Source: a virus (Duplodnaviria > Heunggongvirae > Uroviricota > Caudoviricetes). From it: a DNA stretch of 64,000 nucleotides. The position numbers and the translations under genes were made by a program. Numbering within the stretch: position 1 is the first letter of the stretch; every line of letters begins with the position of its first letter. Positions 20,079-28,564 of this stretch are shown piece after piece. The stretch lies in IMG/VR virus record IMGVR_UViG_3300030019_000007. The stretch is one strand, 5' to 3'. The notes below the pieces were generated by a model, which made no database searches, had not been told where the DNA came from, and saw only the letters and a program-made list of their open reading frames with translations.

Positions 20079-20876
20079 TTATCTTGATTGTGTTACTGGT
20101 GGTGTCATTGATTGATTCAATGGAATGACACTTTGTACTCTAGGATCTCCTGTTTGTTCCAAGACAAGTGCTGTTAATTTATTGATTATTTCATAACAAT
20201 AATTTTCTGGAAATTCTAAAGTTTGTGAAATATCTGTATCTGAATCTAACTCCTCGTAAGTGAGATAGATATTTTTTGCGTTCCCAACCTTATCAGTCTT
20301 ATTAGGAAGATAAGGTTTTTTTAAGTAATCTATTTTTAATGTAGTGGGTTTATAAATTGAATCATCTCCACTTTTAATTTCAACTTCATATGTAGTAATT
20401 ACTGTGGTACCTCCAGTGGTAACACTATGTTGGAACTCATGCATATAAAGATAAGGTCTTTTATAAGAAGGTCTTGTGTAGTAATCTATCATGATGCCTG
20501 AGTACATTGGGCTATCTAGTTTAATAGCTGGATATTCTAAAGTGGCTTTACATGGGAAAGATGCAGAAGTTACTTTTGTTAAAGTAACAGTATTACTTGG
20601 TAACATATGCCAGTAATCTTCAGGAAGTTTATAAAAATTTCCTAAAGATTTACCAGTATTATCTACAAGATTGGCATTTGTTAGTGTTGCAGTGCGAGTC
20701 AGCACTCTTAAGTTATCTGTAGTTAATTGGTTTTGTTCATATAAGGACCACCATTGATTACAGGTTTCATTTATAGTTTTACCAAATAAATAATTAAAGG
20801 ATTCTAGTAAAAGAGAGGGTGCTTCAACTTTATTAGTTTCCGTCAAAAGATAATCATATACTTCTCTTACTGTCAT
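20079..20876 (-). CDS. hypothetical structural protein (265 aa)
   Basis: ORF track. Position between capsid and tail genes. Confidence 0.45.
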   Translation of the reverse strand: MTVREVYDYLLTETNKVEAPSLLLESFNYLFGKTINETCNQWWSLYEQNQLTTDNLRVLTRTATLTNANLVDNTGKSLGNFYKLPEDYWHMLPSNTVTLTKVTSASFPCKATLEYPAIKLDSPMYSGIMIDYYTRPSYKRPYLYMHEFQHSVTTGGTTVITTYEVEIKSGDDSIYKPTTLKIDYLKKPYLPNKTDKVGNAKNIYLTYEELDSDTDISQTLEFPENYCYEIINKLTALVLEQTGDPRVQSVIPLNQSMTPPVTQSR

Positions 20877-20881
20877 ACTAT

Positions 20882-21736
20882 TTATTTTTTAAGTGGTTTA
20901 TTTACTGATGGTTTAGTTTCTACTGCGTCAGCTTTTTCTGCTTGAAAAACTGGTTTTTGATATGTGGAAACTATTAATTCTGGGTATGTTTCTGCTTTGA
21001 TTGTGTCAAAGATAATTTTATTAACAGGTTGTTTAAACCAATTAACTACAGCTGCTTCAGCACTTCCTAAAATAGTTTCTCCGTAATAAAATAGAGAATT
21101 TCTATTTACAATTATATGTTTATCTGTAGCATCTAAAAGGAAAATTCTTAATTGGGTGTCACCACCAGTATATAGATCAATAACTTTTTCAGGATCTTTG
21201 CCCGCAATAATTAATAGATAATCTTGTACATCACTTAAAGGAACACCCTTCATTTCATGTCCTAAAATTCTTACTTTTTGATAAGTTCCTTCAGCAGAAT
21301 CTCCCCAAATAAAACCTTCAGCAGTATGAACTAATTGTTTTCTATTAACACGATGTTTTGTTTCTAATCCTGGATGTTCTATATAAAATGTTGCATTTCC
21401 GTAACGTAAACCATTTCCATCAACAGTTAAATTTCCTAAAGCATCTTTCTCAGCTCTATCTTTTGCAATAGAAGGACTATTTTTAATAGCTTCCCACCAA
21501 GCAAAATCTACTTCGTCGTTTAAATTAAATTCCTTACCATCATAGATGTCAATAACATCATTTGCCTTGATAAAAAATTTATTGCTTTTTTTGTCTTCAT
21601 CTGAGAGAATCATATCTCCTTTAGAATCAATTTCCCTAACTGTTGGGCCAAAGCGATTGGTTTTAGGATCCTTAGCAGGTTCCATGTGGCATCTAGTAAT
21701 TTTCATTACCGCCCTAATAATAATTATATTTTCCAT
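20882..21736 (-). CDS. hypothetical structural protein (284 aa)
   Basis: ORF track. First gene after the promoter-like motif at 21762-21769 on the minus strand. Confidence 0.5.
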   Translation of the reverse strand: MENIIIIRAVMKITRCHMEPAKDPKTNRFGPTVREIDSKGDMILSDEDKKSNKFFIKANDVIDIYDGKEFNLNDEVDFAWWEAIKNSPSIAKDRAEKDALGNLTVDGNGLRYGNATFYIEHPGLETKHRVNRKQLVHTAEGFIWGDSAEGTYQKVRILGHEMKGVPLSDVQDYLLIIAGKDPEKVIDLYTGGDTQLRIFLLDATDKHIIVNRNSLFYYGETILGSAEAAVVNWFKQPVNKIIFDTIKAETYPELIVSTYQKPVFQAEKADAVETKPSVNKPLKK

Positions 21737-21761
21737 ATTAATTCATTAATTGATTATTTCG

Positions 21762-21769
21762 CAAATATA
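21762..21769 (-). promoter_or_regulatory. minus-strand -7 box TAtaTTTG(CG) upstream of 20882..21736
   Basis: Reverse complement of CGCAAATATATG. 25 nt upstream of the start at 21736. Confidence 0.4.
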
Positions 21770-21810
21770 TGAAATCTTTTTCAATTAGTTGCATGTTTTG
21801 TTAAAAATTT

Positions 21811-21850
21811 TTGACAAAAAAAATAAGGAGTATTTCTACTCCTTATTTTA
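21811..21850 (-). terminator. rho-independent terminator after the putative capsid gene
   Basis: Hairpin AAGGAGTA-TTTC-TACTCCTT (21825-21844). On the minus strand it is followed by the U-tract AUUUUUUUUG. Confidence 0.6.
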
Positions 21851-21866
21851 TATAGTTATCTAACGA

Positions 21867-23291
21867 TTACTGCTCTTTCATAATGAAACTTCTATACGGG
21901 TTGTAGAGTCCTATCCCTGCATAACCCATATGAATTATCTTACTACCTGCTACAGAAGTATTTACATCACCTGAAGTTACACCATCCATACCACCAACTC
22001 CTTTTAGTACGCCTCTGATGAATTCACCACCCTTAAGTGTGAACATCTGAGCTGCAGGAGTTCCTGTAGAAGCATCTGAAGTTAAGTCAACACAAATTCC
22101 ATATCCTTTGTCAGGGTACTCATAAGTTAAACTTCTATCAACATGGAAAGTTAATTGGTTACCACCGAAGTTATAAGTATCGAAGGTTGCCCCTACTTCT
22201 ACCATACCACCAGCTTTCTTCGAATAGAAGAATACACCATTTGTTTTCCAGTCTTTAAGATATTCTCTTAGAGTTCTTTGGATTTGTGACCACATTTTTT
22301 CATTACAAACGAATACCCATTGGTTACCAGTTGGTTCTTTTGCACGTTCACGCATTGTTTCGATCATAGTATCGAAAGCGTTGATAGTTAATCTAGCATA
22401 AGCATAGATATTTGCATATCTTTCAACTTGAGCAATAAGACCATCTCCCATTGGGATTGCACGACCAGTTTTAGGATCAGTAATAGTACATTTACCATTC
22501 TTGTCAAAGTTAGATTTACCAAAAAGTAATCCTTGGTTTCTAGCCAACATGAATGATTCAAGACATTCCTGTTCTTTTTTCTTCATCTTATAAACAACCT
22601 CTTTGAAGTTACCATTATTGGCACCATCAGGTTGACCAATTGAAATAAATACATCTTCTAGAGCTGCGAACTGACTAGAGAAAGATACATCATTTCTATG
22701 AAGAGAGATGTGATTTCTATGACGTTCAATGTTGCTTTGATATTTTGTAAAACCTTCTTCTGAAAGTTCAGGGTGATAATTAGAGATCCAACGAGTAGTA
22801 GAACCTACTTGTGTTGCAGTTGTATCTAAGATACTAGAGAAATCTGCATCAATCAATTGAACAATTACTTCCCAGTAATTATCAGATCTACGAATTGGAG
22901 AACTTTTTACAAAACACTGTTGACGAGATCCTTCAATACGGAAGGTATCATATTTTTCGTAGTATCTTTCTTTGAAGGCCATAATAATATCGGCACCATT
23001 AGCACCAACACCAACTGGAACAGCTGCGAATTCTACACGTTTAATGAAATTAACATCAATCTCCCATTCAAATACCATTGCATCAATGCTTTGAAATTTA
23101 GAAGCTTTGTTTTCATTGTAATAAACATTCAACAGAGATTCAGTTAAGAATGATGCTGTTAAATTAGGGTACATTTTTGAGACGATACCAAGTCTATGTG
23201 GGCGTAACCCCAAAAACTTTCCGAAATCTTCGTACGTTTTAGTCTGTCCCATTGAGGACTGTTGACTCGTAAAATTTGTTACTAAAGCCAT
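21867..23291 (-). CDS. putative major capsid protein (474 aa)
   Basis: Immediately follows the acidic scaffold-like gene. Followed by a strong hairpin plus U-tract terminator. Size and composition fit a major capsid protein. No direct motif proof. Confidence 0.45.
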   Translation of the reverse strand: MALVTNFTSQQSSMGQTKTYEDFGKFLGLRPHRLGIVSKMYPNLTASFLTESLLNVYYNENKASKFQSIDAMVFEWEIDVNFIKRVEFAAVPVGVGANGADIIMAFKERYYEKYDTFRIEGSRQQCFVKSSPIRRSDNYWEVIVQLIDADFSSILDTTATQVGSTTRWISNYHPELSEEGFTKYQSNIERHRNHISLHRNDVSFSSQFAALEDVFISIGQPDGANNGNFKEVVYKMKKKEQECLESFMLARNQGLLFGKSNFDKNGKCTITDPKTGRAIPMGDGLIAQVERYANIYAYARLTINAFDTMIETMRERAKEPTGNQWVFVCNEKMWSQIQRTLREYLKDWKTNGVFFYSKKAGGMVEVGATFDTYNFGGNQLTFHVDRSLTYEYPDKGYGICVDLTSDASTGTPAAQMFTLKGGEFIRGVLKGVGGMDGVTSGDVNTSVAGSKIIHMGYAGIGLYNPYRSFIMKEQ

Positions 23292-23311
23292 AATTTTAAA
23301 TTATTGGTGAA

Positions 23312-24439
23312 TTAATCATTTATATTGCGGTAAAGGTCATCTAGATGAAGTGGCTTATTTCCAGTTTGTTGTCTAGGTTGATCTCCTACGGGGATTCTAT
23401 TAATAGGTTTACTTGGTAAGCCTTTAACACCTTCGAGTTTTCCCTTTTGATATGCTGATTTTCCTACATTTTCAATTTCTTGTTTGTAGTAACTATGCAG
23501 AATATTAAAGGCCTCCTCTCCTTTAGAAATAAACCAAGCAGCTTTGAATAATTGAGCTGGGTCATCTAACGCTTTTACTAACGGAGTTACACCGTTTAAA
23601 TCTCTATCTACAATTAGATTTATAATATCTTCTTTATCCTGATCTTCTAATGTTATCCCAAACATCTCCTCTGTATTAGCGGCTACATCTGCTAGAACAT
23701 TAATTATCTGTGAGAATGCTGCATCTTGTGAAGCAATTTGTTCTTCTTTATCAGCTATTCTACTATTTTCCTCTAAGGTTTTATATTCACTCCTTATTTT
23801 ATCTGTTTTTTTCTTAAATAAATCTGGACTTTCTAGAGCTTTTGTCAATTCAATTTCTAATTCTTCATTAGTCAGTTCATCATACTTGGCTTTTAAATCT
23901 AAAACGTAAAGTTCTTCGTCGGTATAATTATCTATTTCAAAATCAGTTTGATTTGCACTTTGGTACTCATCAATTGCCTCTTTTTTATAATATTGAATTA
24001 ATTCGTCTAGAGTAACATTATTCTCTCTTAAAAAATTAATAGTTTCAATTTCATCACTTTCCAAACCGTAGTTAAGATAACTCTCATTAGATTCTAATAT
24101 TTCTAATTGTTCCTCACGAGTAAGTTCATAAAAATCTTTAGTAATTTCTAATCCATCCTCATCTTCAAAAAGAATAGCATGTGAGTCAATAATTCCCTTA
24201 TTTTTCAATAAGAGTTCTACTACATCTGTCTCTTGTGTTTGTGATTGTAATTGTTGGGATTGTAATTCTACCTGTTCAGGTATAATTTGTTTTACTGTGA
24301 GATCTGTGAGATCTCCTAAGCCATCCGCATTAGGATCCTCCATACCTTCTATAGGTATTAGTTCTCCGTTAATTTCTTCATTATCTCCATCATTATCAAA
24401 GTATGATGGGTCTACTATGTGCATATTTGCATTTTCCAT
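23312..24439 (-). CDS. putative scaffolding protein (375 aa, highly acidic, coiled-coil)
   Basis: Asp/Glu/Gln-rich sequence. Directly upstream of the capsid candidate. Promoter motif sits just upstream. Confidence 0.45.
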   Translation of the reverse strand: MENANMHIVDPSYFDNDGDNEEINGELIPIEGMEDPNADGLGDLTDLTVKQIIPEQVELQSQQLQSQTQETDVVELLLKNKGIIDSHAILFEDEDGLEITKDFYELTREEQLEILESNESYLNYGLESDEIETINFLRENNVTLDELIQYYKKEAIDEYQSANQTDFEIDNYTDEELYVLDLKAKYDELTNEELEIELTKALESPDLFKKKTDKIRSEYKTLEENSRIADKEEQIASQDAAFSQIINVLADVAANTEEMFGITLEDQDKEDIINLIVDRDLNGVTPLVKALDDPAQLFKAAWFISKGEEAFNILHSYYKQEIENVGKSAYQKGKLEGVKGLPSKPINRIPVGDQPRQQTGNKPLHLDDLYRNIND

Positions 24440-24464
24440 ATTATTTCATATTAATTAATTCCGC

Positions 24465-24472
24465 AAATGTAT
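24465..24472 (-). promoter_or_regulatory. minus-strand -7 box TAcaTTTG(CGG) upstream of the scaffold/capsid operon
   Basis: Reverse complement of CCGCAAATGTATA. 26 nt upstream of the start at 24439. Confidence 0.4.
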
Positions 24473-24503
24473 ATTTTTTAATTTACAAATACAAATTTTT
24501 TTA

Positions 24504-25064
24504 CTAAAATAATGGATTAAACCAATATTTTATTTCAGGATCATAGTAAAAAATTAAAAATCGACTCCTAACTTTTTGATTCTCAGAAAAAGCAATAACT
24601 ATAGGCATTGTTTCAAAACCAAAGGAAGCTTCTCCATCAATTGTAGTAAAGTTAATATTAATAGGTATACTAGAAATTTCTTCGGTATCATTAATAATAT
24701 TAAGATGTATTGTATTTAATTTATAGGGGTAAGCAGAAACTAATCTAATAGTTAAATTATAAGCTGATATAGTTGAATCTAATTGTGAAAGTTTCCAATT
24801 ACATGAGATACAATCAAATTTTTGCATATCAATATCATATGAATAATCTGTAATTCCTGAGATAAAGTCCATAGAAGAAATTGGAAATACTCTTGGCACT
24901 CCTATAGGTTGAGCAACTAAATTAGTTATATCCGTAAATTTTCTTCCCACCTGTATTGCTACTTTACCTTTTGATTGTATAATGGTGTCATACTCAGCAG
25001 AACCTAATATTAGTTGCTGTTTATTTTGAACTGTTTCTAATTTAACTACTTTGTTTAAATCCAT
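24504..25064 (-). CDS. hypothetical protein (186 aa)
   Basis: ORF track. Confidence 0.45.
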   Translation of the reverse strand: MDLNKVVKLETVQNKQQLILGSAEYDTIIQSKGKVAIQVGRKFTDITNLVAQPIGVPRVFPISSMDFISGITDYSYDIDMQKFDCISCNWKLSQLDSTISAYNLTIRLVSAYPYKLNTIHLNIINDTEEISSIPININFTTIDGEASFGFETMPIVIAFSENQKVRSRFLIFYYDPEIKYWFNPLF

Positions 25065-25385
25065 TTAAGTTGGTATTAAATCATTTGTTATATGTTCGGA
25101 GTTACAACATTTGCAACTACATTTACATTGATCTTTTGTTATAAATCCTGAATCATTCGTTAATTGTGAAGTCTTTGTAGAAATAATAGGTTTATTTAAA
25201 ATTTGTGCAGACCAGAAGTTGCATTCCAATCAGAATTAACTTGAAGTATATTTCCAATATTTAATATATTGGGTAATGTTAAAGCGTTGATTAAAAGAGT
25301 TTCCATAATTATTTAGTTTAAAATTAGTTAACCCTAAAGTTACATTTTTATTAAACTAAATAATTATAATTTTCTTTGTTGATAA

Positions 25386-26762
25386 CTATAAATTTTTAAT
25401 ATCATTATTGTAAATACATTGAGCCATAGTAGTCATTGCTGCCCATGTAGTATTATCTGTGACATTTGGAATTGGTGTTCCATCATTTAATTTGGTGCAT
25501 TTCCAATTCAATGCAGTCCATACCTGAGTTCCAATTTTAACCAAAGGATAAACATTCCCATCTGCATCGGTTACCGTATCTCCGGCAGTCCACTCCGAAT
25601 CATCCTTAATCATTCGGAGTGATGCACCTATTCGCTTGTCTATTTCATACCCGTTAGTATCGTCTGTTGCCGCCATTGTAGCATCGTTGTGGTATAATAG
25701 TGCGGCGGGTGCGTAGTTTAAATCCGCCCAATATTCCCCTCTGCTCCAAAATATAGAATAAAGTTTTAATGATGAAAATAACCCATCCATAAGCCTATAC
25801 CCTGAACCTACCGCATTGAAGTAAACCTCATTTGTTGCTCCTGTATTTGGACTATCCCAATGAGTTAAACCCACCTCTTTTAGTTTGCCACCCGCCGTAT
25901 TTACCGCCCCTGTCCCAGTCGGCTCAATTGCGTGTATTAAGTCCATCCACTCAGAAACAACTGGAAAATCATAAATTACGTTTGCAATGTGAAATCCCAC
26001 AGGTGCGATACTTGCCGTTTCAAATGCGTTTGCCTCGTCATTGTTATAGGCGCAATAACCACCTGTTGTTAATGCACTCCAAGCTGCATTGTCGGTTACT
26101 TTGGGGATTAAATCACCATTGCGATATTTTGTTTCGGCAAGGTTCTCGGCAGTGTACCATATCCCATTGATTAGACAGCATTTATAACGTCGAAGGTTGT
26201 TGCCAACGTAAATAGCTGAATTTCCGTTTATTTCAGTAGGGGAATCAACTATTAGGCGAATGGCGTTTCCCATTTTTATATCAATAGGTTGTAATAGACC
26301 CCACGTAGAATTATTGGAGAAGCCATACCCGTAAGAATTGGTCGCATCGTACATTTCTAATGCGATATAATTAGACCATTCATTCTTGCCTCCAAAACCC
26401 CATTCTATATCTGACCATTCAGACCTATCTCCAGACCCACGAGAACTAAACCCATATTGATTAGTTACTCCTGTATTAGGATTGTTCCAATGAGTTAATC
26501 CAACTTCTTTAAGCTCTCCACCCGCGTTCGGCCAATATCCACCGTCGGCATCATAGACGTCAACGTAATTTAAAAGAGTTTCCCACTCTGTACGACTTGG
26601 AACATGAGCATTACTCGCCGTGATATCCCTTACATCAGTTGCCGCATACCAATTATACAAATACCCATACTTAACCTTCGTTTGCGGTTGCGTACAGAAC
26701 CAATTATAAAGTCTTCCATAACCACCTATTATTTTTTTAGCCATTATATAAAGTAATCTCAT
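25386..26762 (-). CDS. Fibrobacter-succinogenes-major-paralogous (Fib_succ_major, TIGR02145-like) domain protein, probable receptor-binding or tail accessory protein
   Basis: Contains YGRLYNW and YGYLYNWYAA motifs with W/G/N-rich repeats, as in the FISUMP domain that is common in Bacteroidota. Confidence 0.55.
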   Translation of the reverse strand: MRLLYIMAKKIIGGYGRLYNWFCTQPQTKVKYGYLYNWYAATDVRDITASNAHVPSRTEWETLLNYVDVYDADGGYWPNAGGELKEVGLTHWNNPNTGVTNQYGFSSRGSGDRSEWSDIEWGFGGKNEWSNYIALEMYDATNSYGYGFSNNSTWGLLQPIDIKMGNAIRLIVDSPTEINGNSAIYVGNNLRRYKCCLINGIWYTAENLAETKYRNGDLIPKVTDNAAWSALTTGGYCAYNNDEANAFETASIAPVGFHIANVIYDFPVVSEWMDLIHAIEPTGTGAVNTAGGKLKEVGLTHWDSPNTGATNEVYFNAVGSGYRLMDGLFSSLKLYSIFWSRGEYWADLNYAPAALLYHNDATMAATDDTNGYEIDKRIGASLRMIKDDSEWTAGDTVTDADGNVYPLVKIGTQVWTALNWKCTKLNDGTPIPNVTDNTTWAAMTTMAQCIYNNDIKNL

Positions 26763-27838
26763 GTTCTTATAAGTTTAAGTTTACCTCGTAAAGTAGTTGG
26801 TGCACCTGTAAATCCTGTAGAAGTATTAATAGTAATTTGATTACCAGTGACAACAGTTTTTAATGCTGTACTTGTAGTTTCTGTTATAGTTGTAATTGTG
26901 ACAGAAGAAAGTGAAGTTACTGAAGTTGAATCTATTTTTATGGAAACTCCGGTTAAAGTACCTGTATCTGTTTCTGCAATTAATGCTTCTATAGTATAAC
27001 CAAAAGATGCTTTAATATCTAAGATATAAATCTGTGCAACTCCTGGAGTTATATCTCTAAATTCAAATGCTATTTCCTCAATAAGTCCAGCAAAAGAAGT
27101 TAGATAAGAACCAGCCGGTTGTTTAGAATTCCAATTAATAATATCAGAGGATGAAATACCATCCAACACACTTTTATTTGCATGAGCATGTGCACTATTA
27201 ACAGCTCCATCCCAAGCAGTAATTGAAGATTGAGTAATAGATTTAACCCATGATGGTACAGTAGGATCAGTTTCAATAAAGGTTGTAATAAAACCAGGAT
27301 CATTTGTAAATGAACTTAATGATGTAGGTTTACCATTCAATGATGTCCAAGTACCATCAAATAAAGAAGGTTTATTACTTAAAGAATTATAATTTCCATC
27401 AAATATTGATGGTTTATTTATTAAATCAGAATAATTGCCTGAAAATAAAGCTGGTTTGTTGAGTAAATCTGCGTAGCTTCCTGAAGTTGCTACAGTAGCA
27501 AAAGTAGGTTTTAATAATATTTCACTCCATGTAGGTACATAAGATAAAGGTTTGTATAAACCTGAGTGATCACCCCAACTATATGATAAATTCCAGTTAA
27601 TTATATCTTGTATAGCTATATTTAATATCGGAGAAGTCTGCCTCGGAATTAACACTATTTCTTTTGCAGCAAAATCAATTGGAGATATATTATCTTCATA
27701 AATGATGATAGGATCATCAAAATGAGAAGGAGATACATTTATTGCAGTAGGTACTATGAGTACAGTATCAGTATTTCTAGTAGGAGTATTTTCATCTTGG
27801 GTAATTATCTCTCCATTTAAAATTATAGGTTGTCCCAT
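26759..27838 (-). CDS. tail fibre protein with short collar-like repeats
   Basis: Tandem SGNYSDLINKPSIFDGNYNSLSNKPSLFDGTWTSLNGKP repeats. This xYxxLxNKP repeat is typical of phage tail fibres. Confidence 0.55.
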   Translation of the reverse strand: MGQPIILNGEIITQDENTPTRNTDTVLIVPTAINVSPSHFDDPIIIYEDNISPIDFAAKEIVLIPRQTSPILNIAIQDIINWNLSYSWGDHSGLYKPLSYVPTWSEILLKPTFATVATSGSYADLLNKPALFSGNYSDLINKPSIFDGNYNSLSNKPSLFDGTWTSLNGKPTSLSSFTNDPGFITTFIETDPTVPSWVKSITQSSITAWDGAVNSAHAHANKSVLDGISSSDIINWNSKQPAGSYLTSFAGLIEEIAFEFRDITPGVAQIYILDIKASFGYTIEALIAETDTGTLTGVSIKIDSTSVTSLSSVTITTITETTSTALKTVVTGNQITINTSTGFTGAPTTLRGKLKLIRT

Positions 27839-27982
27839 ATGAGTTCGTAATATTTTTGTGGTGAGAGTAAATTCATCTCAAAAGTTTCTATTGAGAACTT
27901 TAGATCCTTATAAGGTAGGGGATTACCCACCTCATAAGATTCTAATAATTTAATGAAACTCATAATTAATTTAAGTTGTAGT

Positions 27983-28564
27983 TCATTCATGGCATCCGCA
28001 GTTTACATTGTAAACACTTACTCCAGAGAAATTACATATACTACAAGAAGCTTTAATAGATTCTATAATCCTTTGAGCTTGATAAACTAAACCTAGTTCA
28101 GCTGAGAATTTAATAGAAGAGAGAGCCATCTGCAATAGATCACATACTTCCTTCTCATAAGCAGTAGTAGTACATTTTCTATATAATTTGTCATCTAAGA
28201 GTTTCTGAAGAATCTCTTGATAACAACGTTCTATATCAGTAATTACTATAATCTTTAATGAATCTTTAGTTAGTGCAGTATTAGTCAACATAGTAGTATA
28301 ATCTGTAACTAATACAGTATTATAGTATACTTTACCTGCTGTAGAATAATATCCTGTTGGGCCTACAATAGTGGAGAGTATCATTTGATCTATTTGAAAT
28401 ACACCATCTTGTAAAAAATCATAAGTGCTACTGGCATTAGTTAGAAATGATTGTACTAATACAGTTTTATCTAGACCTAAATAACTTACCGTAGTAAGTA
28501 CTATCTGATCTACCAAAGTAGAAGCATTTATGGTAAATCCCGTTTTATAATTTGTTATGTTCAT
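27983..28564 (-). CDS. hypothetical protein (193 aa)
   Basis: ORF track. 4-nt overlap with the upstream gene. Confidence 0.45.
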   Translation of the reverse strand: MNITNYKTGFTINASTLVDQIVLTTVSYLGLDKTVLVQSFLTNASSTYDFLQDGVFQIDQMILSTIVGPTGYYSTAGKVYYNTVLVTDYTTMLTNTALTKDSLKIIVITDIERCYQEILQKLLDDKLYRKCTTTAYEKEVCDLLQMALSSIKFSAELGLVYQAQRIIESIKASCSICNFSGVSVYNVNCGCHE

